Below are positions 37,978 to 46,874 of a stretch of DNA of 64,000 nucleotides, piece after piece. The DNA is from Chloroflexota bacterium (GTDB lineage Bacteria; Chloroflexota; UBA11872; JBHOQS01). The notes under the pieces are model-generated. The model made no database searches. It was not told where the DNA came from and was given only the letters and a program-made list of their open reading frames with translations. Location: NCBI GenBank assembly GCA_042408875.1, contig JBHOQS010000025.1, forward strand, positions 41,391-105,390. Direction: 5' to 3'. The number at the start of each line of letters is the position of its first letter. Within the stretch, counting starts at the first letter, position 1. The position numbers were made by a program, and so were the translations under genes.

Positions 37978-38859
37978 TCACCGGCGCGGCGTGACCTGCC
38001 CTGCTGCCCATACCTCTGCATCTACCCGGCCGGGGTCGCTGGAGCCGAACGAGATGATGGTGATCAGACGCTCGGCTTGCTCGCGCGGGAGCAGGCGGCG
38101 GCGCAGTGCCACGAGGTGCGGGCCGTAGCGCGCCTCAAGCTGGTCGCGGAAGGCAGCGTAAATCTCCGCCAGGTAGGACTCATCACGGATCAGCTTCTCC
38201 ACGAGCTGCACCAGCGTGGCGTTCTGGGTGTACACGCCGCCCCCCGGCGGGTCGAGCGAGCCAGTCAAGGCGCTGGTGAAATCCACCGCCAGCGTGATCA
38301 GCCTGCCACTGACCACCTTCGAGCTATCCTCATGCTGGTAGACCTGGGCGAAGTCCGCCTCGCCCTCGCCGAACAGGTTAATGATAACGGTAGCGCCGCG
38401 GGAGTGGGCAGCGCGCAGCTCCTCGCGGAAGTCGGGCAGGTCCTCGGCCCACAGGGACATCACCACCCGCTCGCGCGCGGTGCCGATGAGCTCAAGTGCG
38501 CGGCGGCGTACCGCCTCGGCGCTGCGTAGCGTCCAGAAGTGCTCGACCGTATGATCGTGCCGGGCGAGCGCATCCAGCTCACGGGCGACCAGCTCGCAGC
38601 GCGCCTCCGTCTCCCGGCGGATGCGCGCCAGGAGCTGGTCATGAGGCACAGCAACGTAGCGGGTAGGGCTGGCGCCGTCGGCAGTGACGGCCTGCTTCAC
38701 CAAGAGGTTCTCCAGCGCCTGGTAGACGTTCGCCCGAGGCAGCCCGGCGCCCTTGGCGATCTCATAGCCCGTCGCCATAGGCCGGCGGAGCAGGTACACA
38801 TACACGGTGGCCTCGTGCTGCGTGAAGCCGAGCTTCCGCAGCTCGTCCACTACGTCCAC
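37978..38859 (-). CDS. TrmB-family transcriptional regulator
   Basis: N-terminal wHTH LGFTQHEATVYVYLLRRPMATGYEIAKGAGLPRANVYQALENL plus C-terminal TrmB-type domain. Confidence 0.7.
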   Translation of the reverse strand: MDVVDELRKLGFTQHEATVYVYLLRRPMATGYEIAKGAGLPRANVYQALENLLVKQAVTADGASPTRYVAVPHDQLLARIRRETEARCELVARELDALARHDHTVEHFWTLRSAEAVRRRALELIGTARERVVMSLWAEDLPDFREELRAAHSRGATVIINLFGEGEADFAQVYQHEDSSKVVSGRLITLAVDFTSALTGSLDPPGGGVYTQNATLVQLVEKLIRDESYLAEIYAAFRDQLEARYGPHLVALRRRLLPREQAERLITIISFGSSDPGRVDAEVWAAGQVTPRR

Positions 38860-39080
38860 CCGACCCCTCCTCAGACGAGCGTAGTAGCAGCGGCAACTAC
38901 TCTAGCATGCCTGAGAAGACAGGTCAAGCCCGGAGGTGCCTTCGTGGGGTGGCGTTCCACCCTGAACGCCACCCCACGAAGACCAGTGGTGCCTGTGGTA
39001 CGCGCTCAAGATGAGCGCGCTGCCCGCTGGGGGGGGCAGCTCTACCCCGCAGGGCTCCTGACTAGCCGGCTCAGGACCAC

Positions 39081-40532
39081 TCACGCTGGCGGTTGATCCA
39101 TGATGGTCTGGACTGTGCGGAAGGCCTCCTCAGCGGCCTCCTTGGGCGACTTCGTCCCAATCCAGACATCACGTAGGATCGTGTTCATCGCCGCGTCGGT
39201 CTCAAAGTACCGGCCATTCGCCGGATAGGACCAGGGCCGCAGCGGTGGCGCAGTGCGTGGATTAATGAGGGTATCGTAAATAATGGTTGCGAGGAGGGGC
39301 TGCTCGCGCTTGAACCGCTCATCGGTCCACACATCGTAGCGGCTGCCCGGGCTCCCCAGGCCAGCGAAGTGGCGCTCCAGCCCGTGCTCCTTGCTCACAT
39401 ACGCTTTGATAACCTCCCAGGCCTCTTCCGGGTACTTCGTCGTCCGAGACATGCCAATGCCATCGGAGGACACCTGCGTCTCCGGCTTCCCAGATGGGCC
39501 GATCGGCGGCGGCGCGATACTCCACCTGAAGCTCTCCTTGACCAGGTTCTTGATCGTGCCGGCGACCGCGGTCAGCACAACTACCGCGACCTGTCCTCCG
39601 GGGAAAGTCTGCTGGTAATTTGGGTTCATCTCCACCGGGATGGCTACGCGGTACTTGTGCCACAGATCGGCCAGCCAGGAGATGCCGGCGATCGATTCCG
39701 GCGTGTTAATAAGACACCTGGTGCCGTCATCACTGTAGTAGTTGCCACCGAACGCCCGCAGCACTGCTACAGTGCCTTCGCCGCCCAGGCAGGGCTGTAC
39801 GCCATAGGTGACGACCTGGCCATCGGTACCGCGAACCATGGCGCCGGTGAAGGTTTCGACAGCGTCTTCCAGCCGCCACCTCCTAATATCGAAGGTGAGC
39901 CGGTCGAGATCGGCGGGTGGAAGCTTCGCGCCATACCTCGAGAGGTGGTCGACGTTGTAGTAGTAGTGAATGCACCCGGGGTGTCCCACGATCGGATAGC
40001 CCCATTGCTGGCCCTGAATAGTGTAGGTCGCAATATTTCCCGGCCAGAACTGCTTGTGATCGTGATCAGCCCAGGCCTTGTCTTTCTTGATGAATGGATC
40101 TAGCGGCTGGATAACGCCCTTGATCTTCAGTTCAGCCGTCAGCGGCGCCACGTTAATCCGGATCGTGTCACCAACCTGGTTCGCCGCAGCGAGCACGAGG
40201 ATCTTTGTGTGCATCTCACCACGGGGGAACCATTCGCGCTTGATCCGAATGTTTGGGTGCCGCTCCTCGAAGCGCTTCCAGAACGGTCCGTAGAACTGGT
40301 CGCCTGGATCCTGCTCCCAGTCATGTGTGACGATCTCCACGACGCGGCTGACTCGCGGCGCCGTCTCAGACGGTCCTTCGCGGGTTAGCGGTTTGCAGGC
40401 TGCCAGCACGGCCGTGGCCGCGCCTGTCTGAATGGCCAGCAGCTCGCGGCGGGTCAAGGTCCTGCCAGAGGTAGCCTGGGAGGGTCCGGCGCTGTTGGTA
40501 CATCGCTCCATAGGTGTAGCACTCCCTTCCAT
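39081..40532 (-). CDS. ABC transporter substrate-binding lipoprotein (family 1), Tat/lipobox signal; orphan
   Basis: TRRELLAIQTGAATAVLAAC at the N-terminus. 483 aa SBP-like. No cognate permease nearby. Confidence 0.55.
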   Translation of the reverse strand: MEGSATPMERCTNSAGPSQATSGRTLTRRELLAIQTGAATAVLAACKPLTREGPSETAPRVSRVVEIVTHDWEQDPGDQFYGPFWKRFEERHPNIRIKREWFPRGEMHTKILVLAAANQVGDTIRINVAPLTAELKIKGVIQPLDPFIKKDKAWADHDHKQFWPGNIATYTIQGQQWGYPIVGHPGCIHYYYNVDHLSRYGAKLPPADLDRLTFDIRRWRLEDAVETFTGAMVRGTDGQVVTYGVQPCLGGEGTVAVLRAFGGNYYSDDGTRCLINTPESIAGISWLADLWHKYRVAIPVEMNPNYQQTFPGGQVAVVVLTAVAGTIKNLVKESFRWSIAPPPIGPSGKPETQVSSDGIGMSRTTKYPEEAWEVIKAYVSKEHGLERHFAGLGSPGSRYDVWTDERFKREQPLLATIIYDTLINPRTAPPLRPWSYPANGRYFETDAAMNTILRDVWIGTKSPKEAAEEAFRTVQTIMDQPPA

Positions 40533-40639
40533 GGATCAGTCTCGTGGCTGCGAAACGGCCCCCAGCGTTTCCGGTGTTCGCGAGCCTTGCTCAACCAGGG
40601 CGAACTCGGTAGACTGCTCGCTGGAACGCAGTCAATAAA

Positions 40640-40687
40640 GACCGGGAAGACCAGGAAGACCGGGAAAGACCAGGAAGACCAGGGCAT
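40640..40687 (+). repeat. 5x tandem 9-bp repeat GACC(A/G)GGAA in an intergenic region
   Basis: gaccgggaa gaccaggaa gaccgggaaa gaccaggaa gaccaggg. Confidence 0.85.
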
Positions 40688-40829
40688 GAGCGGTCGCTGG
40701 CTAACTGCCAGTCTAGAGCAGCAACATACCATGGTCAAGATGATGCGTTGTATTGAGCGATCGTAGCCAAGCGAGCAGGCGCCGGGCAAGGGGTGCCCGG
40801 CGCTGAGCAGTGCGCAGGAGGGAGGGCGG

Positions 40830-41501
40830 ATGCAGGTGCGTGCCCGGGTGCGCTACCAGACCAGTCAGCCGCAGCCGAACGGGCTCCAGGCGACCGATGA
40901 GGGGCTGTGGGTGATCGACCAGCGGAACGGCAACATGTATCGCCTGCGCTATGAGGACGGAGAGATCCTCGAGCTGGTGTCCACACGCGCGGTCCACGCC
41001 AGCGGGATTACCGTGGACGTCGATGGCAGCCTCTGGGTCGCCTCCACCTTCAGCCTGGAGCTCCTTAAGATCGACCGGCGCACCGGGCGGGTGCTGCGGC
41101 GCCTGCCCACTCCTGGCGCGGGGCGCTCCGGCGCCCACGGGCTCGAGTTCATCGATGGCCGGCTCTGGGTCGCAGTGCCCCCTTCAGCCACCATCTATGC
41201 CCTTGATCCGGCCACCGGCCGGGTGTTGCACTCCTTCCCAGCCCCGGGGAACCGCCCGCACGGGCTGGCCTGGGATGGTGCGACCCTGTGGGTGGCGGAG
41301 ACCAACCACCAGGCTCTCTACCGCTACGATCCAAGGGATGGGCGGCTGCTGGAAAAGGTCACCGTAGAAGGGCCTGAGATCCACGGGATGACCATGCGCC
41401 AGGGCATCATCTGGTACTGCGATGCCACCACGCGGTCTGTTTGTACCGTTGATCTAGGCGAGGCCGAGCGCCAGGCGGTGGATTCCAAATCAACACGTTA
41501 A
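40830..41501 (+). CDS. beta-propeller protein (Vgb/NHL/SMP-30-like repeats)
   Basis: Repeated ...G.LWVA... blades (LWVAS, LWVAV, LWVAE, IWYCD). Confidence 0.45.
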   Translation: MQVRARVRYQTSQPQPNGLQATDEGLWVIDQRNGNMYRLRYEDGEILELVSTRAVHASGITVDVDGSLWVASTFSLELLKIDRRTGRVLRRLPTPGAGRSGAHGLEFIDGRLWVAVPPSATIYALDPATGRVLHSFPAPGNRPHGLAWDGATLWVAETNHQALYRYDPRDGRLLEKVTVEGPEIHGMTMRQGIIWYCDATTRSVCTVDLGEAERQAVDSKSTR

Positions 41502-41512
41502 GACCGGCTGGC

Positions 41513-41734
41513 TTAATCTGGTCTCGCAGAGAGGAGGTCGATGAGGCGGCTCCGGCGTGCTGCAACGGCGGTATCAATCGCGGCGATATCGCTCTCGACG
41601 CCGGGGCTGCGGCGCAGCTCGTAGTCGCAGGCGGCGCAGTTCCGCAGGTGCTGGAGCAGCCGCGCCTCTGCCACCTCGTCGAGCGCACCGTTCAGGTAAT
41701 CTGTCAGCAGCTCGCGCGCCTCATCACACTTCAT
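41513..41734 (-). CDS. small zf-HC2 (anti-sigma-type zinc-finger) protein
   Basis: MKCDEARELLTDYLNGALDE...HLRNCAACDYEL contains the HxxxCxxC motif. About 73 aa from the internal ATG. Confidence 0.45.
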   Translation of the reverse strand: MKCDEARELLTDYLNGALDEVAEARLLQHLRNCAACDYELRRSPGVESDIAAIDTAVAARRSRLIDLLSARPD

Positions 41735-41890
41735 CGTGGGTGTTCCCTCCTTGCGTACGTCCCCCTCCGGGAGGTTCCAAAGGGAGGCTCGGTCTTCATT
41801 GTCGCCTGTTCGGGGGCGCCACCGCAAGTGGCCCGGCGGGCGCGTACAGGTCCGATGTTGGCGCTGGATAACAAGCGTAAAACGACAGAG

Positions 41891-42811
41891 CTACTCGGCA
41901 CGACCGGAGCCCGGGCCGCGCCGGCGCCGCAAGAAGTCCTCCAGGTCTTTGATCAGGGCATCCCCGCTAGGGAGCTCGCTCGACCGCGCCGTGTCCTCCT
42001 CTTCGTCCTCTGCCTCCTCATCGCCCGGGAGTGTGCCGGCCTCGAGCTGGCGGACGTAGTCCGCGGCCTCGGGGTTCTGCGCTACGGCCTCAGCAACCTG
42101 GGCATCGAAGCGGATCGCCACGCGCTCTAGCTCCTGGAGATCGAGCGCCAGATCGAGCAGGCGGCTCAACCGCTGCAAGAGAGCCAGCGCGATGCGGGGG
42201 TTCTGCATGCCCTGGAGGTAATGCGGCACGTGGCCCCACAGGCTGGCGGTGCGAAACCCTGCCTGCCCGGCCAGCGTATTCAGCACGCCGACGATTCCCG
42301 TCGGGCCCTGGTAAGGCCGCCCGCCCGCCATGCCCAGCACGCGCAGGCGTTCTAGCCACACGGCGTCGTTTGACGAGCCGCTGACGCGCGGCGGCCGGGT
42401 ATGCGGCACGTCCGCCAGCAGCGCGCCAAGGGTGATGATGCTCGAGACCTGTACCTCGCGGCAGAGCGCCAGAATGTCGCTCACATAGGTCTTCCAGCGG
42501 AGCTGCGGCTCAATGCCGACGAGAATGACGAAGTCGGTCGCGCTCTCCGGCACCTCGGCCGCGAAGAACGTGTTCGCCGGCCATTCAATGCGACGCTGCG
42601 ACCGACCCACGACCCGCACTGTCGGGCGCGTCTCGGTGAAGTCGTAAAACTCCTCTGGATCGAGGTCCGCAAATGGCCTGGCGCGCCAGCGCTGGACCAG
42701 CACCTCGGCAGCTGACGTGGCGGCAAGGGCAGCGTCATTCCAGCCGGCAAAGGCGGCGATCAGGATCGGGGTACGTAACCGCGGGCGCTCACGCAGCGCA
42801 ATGTACTGCAT
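41891..42811 (-). CDS. PAC2-family (proteasome assembly chaperone-like) protein
   Basis: LIAAFAGWNDAALAATSAAEVL...VILVGIEPQLRWK... is typical of the bacterial PAC2 family. Acidic C-terminal tail. Confidence 0.55.
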   Translation of the reverse strand: MQYIALRERPRLRTPILIAAFAGWNDAALAATSAAEVLVQRWRARPFADLDPEEFYDFTETRPTVRVVGRSQRRIEWPANTFFAAEVPESATDFVILVGIEPQLRWKTYVSDILALCREVQVSSIITLGALLADVPHTRPPRVSGSSNDAVWLERLRVLGMAGGRPYQGPTGIVGVLNTLAGQAGFRTASLWGHVPHYLQGMQNPRIALALLQRLSRLLDLALDLQELERVAIRFDAQVAEAVAQNPEAADYVRQLEAGTLPGDEEAEDEEEDTARSSELPSGDALIKDLEDFLRRRRGPGSGRAE

Positions 42812-43138
42812 TGATCGTTTCTCTCCCTGACGGTGTAACCGTCTGTGAGCACGACCGTCTCCCACCATGACCGCGGGCACAGGCACGGCCGGGAACCATC
42901 GCGGTCATTCTACTAGGATTCAGCCAGCGATGCCTACCCGGCGTTGACACGGTCTATGCCGCTGCCTAGAATGCACGGGCAGCCGGGCTTGCCGAAGCTC
43001 CTGCGCTGGCCGGCACGTTGCATAGGGGATGCGGCAAGCCTGTGCGCCCGAGAGCCCTCTATTCTATACTCCCTACACTTCGGAGCTACCGTAGAACCTC
43101 ACTACTATGTACGTATGTACGATGGAGGAGCAAGACGA

Positions 43139-43930
43139 ATGGCGAAATTCGGCGCACGTGACGGCGTGCTGCGCCAGCCACCCGATACGATCCTAGAGGA
43201 GGCAGCACGCCTGGGGTTCGATGGCATCGAGACCGAGCCCCCCGCGCGGGACCCCTACAACTGGAAGCCCTGGGATGCGGCGTATCGGGCAGAGATGAAG
43301 GCGAAGTGCGCCAGACTTGGCGTAGTTATCGCCTCGCTGTGCGCTGGGGTGCTGTGGCAGCGCAGCCCCGCCAGCGACGACCCGGCCGTGCGAGAAGAGG
43401 CTCGTCGCCTGGTCGAACGGCTGATCGATGTAGCCAACGACTTCGGGGCCCGCGTGCTGCTGGTGCCGTTGACGCCAGCGCAGGGTGTCCCGCCGGACGT
43501 GGAATGGCAGCGCTGGCGTGAGGGCGTGCGCGCTGTCGCTGACTACGCGCAGGCGCGTGGGGTGACCCTGGCGTTGGAGAACGTCGGCAACGACTTCTGC
43601 AAGAGCGCGGCGGAGATTCTCGAGCTCGTGCAGGCGATCGACCATCCGGCTGTGGGCGTGTACTACGACCCTGGCAACGCGGTGGCGTTTGGTTTCGATC
43701 CCTTCGAAGAAGTGCGCCTGCTCGGCAGGCACATCGCGCAGATGCATGCCAAGGGACCGCGCGGGGCGGCGCTGGCCGAGGCCGGGATCGACTACGGGGG
43801 CCTGGCCAGGCTCCTGCGTGAGGAGTTCGGCTACGACGGCTGGTGGGTGCTTGAGACGCAGGCCGGGGACGATCCGGCGAAGAACGCCCGGGCCAACCTC
43901 GCATACCTTATCCAGCACATTGGACGTTGA
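43139..43930 (+). CDS. sugar phosphate isomerase/epimerase (xylose-isomerase-like TIM barrel)
   Basis: ...LALENVGNDFCKSAAEILELV...GVYYDPGNAVAFG...WVLETQ. GGAGGAG lies 8 nt upstream of the ATG at 43139. Confidence 0.6.
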   Translation: MAKFGARDGVLRQPPDTILEEAARLGFDGIETEPPARDPYNWKPWDAAYRAEMKAKCARLGVVIASLCAGVLWQRSPASDDPAVREEARRLVERLIDVANDFGARVLLVPLTPAQGVPPDVEWQRWREGVRAVADYAQARGVTLALENVGNDFCKSAAEILELVQAIDHPAVGVYYDPGNAVAFGFDPFEEVRLLGRHIAQMHAKGPRGAALAEAGIDYGGLARLLREEFGYDGWWVLETQAGDDPAKNARANLAYLIQHIGR

Positions 43931-44058
43931 GAGGTAGACGTTGAGAGGTAGGAGGAATGCCTACTGCATAGTACGTGAGGACCGGGGAAGCCAGTCAGAT
44001 ATGCTCCGGCGGCCGTAGAGCGGCGGGATAGTAACCAGATAGTAACCGCACAATGCGT

Positions 44059-44088
44059 CGCAGGGGTAGCGTATGGGCTACCCCTGCG
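44059..44088. terminator. perfect 12-bp stem hairpin CGCAGGGGTAGC-gtatgg-GCTACCCCTGCG between convergent genes (no U-tract)
   Basis: Seen directly. 130 bp after the + gene stop and 90 bp after the - gene stop. Confidence 0.4.
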
Positions 44089-44174
44089 CGCCAGGTAGCT
44101 TGAGGGAGCACAAAGGACGAACGATATCAAGGAGGCCTGAAGGGCAAGCGCTCCTTCAGGCCTCACCGCGTTCG

Positions 44175-44492
44175 TTAGCGGTATGCAGCGCGGCTGCGGT
44201 CCGGGCGGCGCTGAGCGTAGCACTCGCTACAATAGACCGGCCGGTCGCCGCGTGGCTGGAAGGGAACCTGGGTCTCCCGCCCGCAGGCATCACAAACAAC
44301 GGGGTAGAACTGACGCTGAGCGGTATACCCCAGCCCACCACCCTGAGAAGCCTTGCGCTGAGCTCGGCAATCCGGGCAGCGCTTCGGCTCGTTGGTAAAC
44401 CCGCGCTCAGCGTAGAAAGCCTGCTCGCCGGCAGTGAAAACGAAAGTAGCCCCACACTCCACGCAGGTCAGCGTTCGATCCTGGAAACTCAC
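44175..44492 (-). CDS. double zinc-ribbon protein (CxxC-x17-CxxC ... CxxC-x16-CxxC)
   Basis: VSFQDRTLTCVECG...CPDCR...CDACG...CSECY. The likely GTG start has GGAGGA 6 nt upstream. Confidence 0.5.
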   Translation of the reverse strand: MSFQDRTLTCVECGATFVFTAGEQAFYAERGFTNEPKRCPDCRAQRKASQGGGLGYTAQRQFYPVVCDACGRETQVPFQPRGDRPVYCSECYAQRRPDRSRAAYR

Positions 44493-44697
44493 GAGACGTC
44501 CTCCGATGGTACAACGGGTACAACAAGGATGAAAACACATCACCAAGGTTCTGGGGGTTCCGTCTTCGCGAGCACCAGAGATGACCAACGATGACCGTTG
44601 TGGAGCCCAAGAGCGAATCCGAGAAACCCAGCCCACGGTAGTATAGCAGGTCCTGCCTGCCGCGCCAAGGGCCGGAACTCCTGGAAGCGGGCCAGCG

Positions 44698-45153
44698 CTA
44701 GCCAGTCCCTCCCGAGGTGCCCGGGTTCAATCTGGCCTGCCCCACCGCGGCGTTGGCAGCCATGATCTGGAGCGTGTTGTCCTGCACCCACCCCTCCACG
44801 ATCTTGCCGCCGGCAATGCGGTACATGCTCAGGCCAGAGATCTCCAGGCGTTGTCCGGTAGGTGCAAAGGGCCCGAGCTGGCCCAGATGGGTGCCATACA
44901 CCGTCCAGCGCGACGCCACCAGGTCACCCTGCGCGATGGTGGCATGGTCGACCAGTTTGAAGTCCGGCAGGGCGGCGTGCACAGCGCCGAGCATGTCCAG
45001 GAAACGTTCGCGGTCGCGCGTGGGCGCCGGGGTGTAGGGGCTGGTGAAGACGAGATCAGGGGCAACGAGCTGTTCCGCGGCTGCCCGATCGACACGGTTC
45101 ACGACCTCTTCAAAATAGCGGTGAAGTAGGGCGATGCTCTCTGCAGAGTCCAT
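44698..45153 (-). CDS. SnoaL-like / NTF2-fold (ester cyclase family) protein
   Basis: IALLHRYFEEVVNRVDRAAAEQLVAPDLVF...GKIVEGWVQDNTLQIM is a typical SnoaL_2 pattern. Confidence 0.55.
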   Translation of the reverse strand: MDSAESIALLHRYFEEVVNRVDRAAAEQLVAPDLVFTSPYTPAPTRDRERFLDMLGAVHAALPDFKLVDHATIAQGDLVASRWTVYGTHLGQLGPFAPTGQRLEISGLSMYRIAGGKIVEGWVQDNTLQIMAANAAVGQARLNPGTSGGTG

Positions 45154-45287
45154 ACGTGTACTGCTCCTCGATGCTTTCTCTTCGCGCTCTCACGCGCTCG
45201 GCTCCATCCCGCTCCCTGGCCACATGCTGCCCTGAAGCTCACAGCTATTTACCCACCTCGTCCAGGCGGTCGCATCGTCTGTTCTGA

Positions 45288-46874
45288 CTATATTTCTGCC
45301 CTGTCCGCGAGCTCCTCCATCGGCTCGAGTAAAGCATGCTGCATCGCAAAGAGCGTCGCTGCAGCGCGGGTACTCACGCCGATCTTGGCATACAGATGCT
45401 GTATGTGGTGCGCGACAGTCGGTTCTGCGATGACGAGCCGGCGCGCGATCTGGCGGTTCGAGCAGCCGCGAGCGACTAGACGGAGCACCTCGACCTCGCG
45501 CGCACTCAACCCGGCCGGCCAGGCGCGCTGCCGGCGCACGCGGTGCCCCGCTGCCCCCAAGATGGCATCGACCGCCTCACCATCCAGGCGGCCGCGGCGC
45601 ACCTCATCCCGGAGCTCGCGGGCTGCGACCTCCGGCGCCAGCGCAGGCCGGTGCGGCCGGGGCTCGGTCATAGCACTGTACACATCGGCTGCAGCCAGGA
45701 TCCGTGCCCCCGGTGCGAGCATACTCGCGGGAACGCCCCGATAGTACCCTGAGCCATCCAACCGCTCGTGATGCAGCCCGGCCAGCGCGCCGAGCCGTGC
45801 CAGGACGGCCGAGCGGCTCAGCGCGCGCTCGGTATAGTACGGATGCAGGCGGACGAGTTCCCACTCACTGGGGGTCAACGGCCCGTGTTTATCCCAGATC
45901 CGATTGGGCACGCCCGCTCGTCCTAGATCATGGACGAGCCCGGCTCGACGCACAAGAATGGCATCGGCCTCGGGCAGGCCAGCGCGGACCGCTGCGCGGC
46001 TAGCCAGCTCGGCCACGCGCGTGGAATGGCCAGTGGTGAACGGTGACTTCAGGTCGGCGAACCAGGCGATCGCCTCGAGGACGGAGTCGAGGCGCGCCGG
46101 CGAAAGTACGTGGTGCGGACGTGGCTCGGCGGCCAGCGCAGCTTCCCAGACCGATACTGCCTCCAGGTCCTGGAACAGCCGGCCTGTGTCCTGGCACAGG
46201 CGCGCCGCGATGGCCGGGTCATGGCCGGCCCCGGCGCGCTGCCGGGCCATTGCGACCACAGCGTCGCTGCCGCCGAGCCGGTGAAAGACCTCGGCGTCTT
46301 CCGCGACCTGGACGATGCGTGCCGGGAGTGCGATCTCCTCGCCTCGTAGCCGGTGGGGAAACCCCCGCCCATCCCAGCGTTCGAACGTCTGGCCGAGCGC
46401 TTCCTGTACTGGAGGGCCAAAGCCCAGGTGCGCGGCCAGGCTGCGGGCAACCTCACAGCTTGCCCGAAAGAGCGCCTCGGGCACCCGCCGCCCAGCCGCC
46501 AGCGCTGTGACCATCGCTCTGACGCGGTCCCAGGGCGGCTGGCCGGCACCGGCGTGGCGCAGCATGTCGGCGAGTAGGTCCAGAGGACGGCCAAAGTCAA
46601 GGGTGTAGCTCCGCGTGTGCGCCGCGAGATCGTCGCCGAAGAGCAGCCCTAGCTCATAAGAGTCGCTTGTGCAACCAATCCGTCGCAGCAGAGCGATGTA
46701 ATAGAGCTCACTGAGCGCGTGATCGCTCAGCCCTATGTCGTCGCCCAGCCGGACCGCGAGTAGGCCGGTGCGCAGCGTATGCTCCATTGGCTGGCCCATA
46801 CCGAGGTCGGTAGCGAGCGAGAGCGCGGCGATCACCTCGGCGACACGCAGGCCGGTCTCATCAGCATCACTCAT
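45288..46874 (-). CDS. HD/HD-GYP-domain protein fused to C-terminal LuxR-type HTH (start approximate)
   Basis: Two HD-like segments (...LATDLGMGQP..., ...HSTRVAELAS...GLVHDLGRAG...) plus REVEVLRLVARGCSNRQIARRLVIAEPTVAHHIQHLYAKIG. Confidence 0.55.
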   Translation of the reverse strand: MSDADETGLRVAEVIAALSLATDLGMGQPMEHTLRTGLLAVRLGDDIGLSDHALSELYYIALLRRIGCTSDSYELGLLFGDDLAAHTRSYTLDFGRPLDLLADMLRHAGAGQPPWDRVRAMVTALAAGRRVPEALFRASCEVARSLAAHLGFGPPVQEALGQTFERWDGRGFPHRLRGEEIALPARIVQVAEDAEVFHRLGGSDAVVAMARQRAGAGHDPAIAARLCQDTGRLFQDLEAVSVWEAALAAEPRPHHVLSPARLDSVLEAIAWFADLKSPFTTGHSTRVAELASRAAVRAGLPEADAILVRRAGLVHDLGRAGVPNRIWDKHGPLTPSEWELVRLHPYYTERALSRSAVLARLGALAGLHHERLDGSGYYRGVPASMLAPGARILAAADVYSAMTEPRPHRPALAPEVAARELRDEVRRGRLDGEAVDAILGAAGHRVRRQRAWPAGLSAREVEVLRLVARGCSNRQIARRLVIAEPTVAHHIQHLYAKIGVSTRAAATLFAMQHALLEPMEELADRAEI

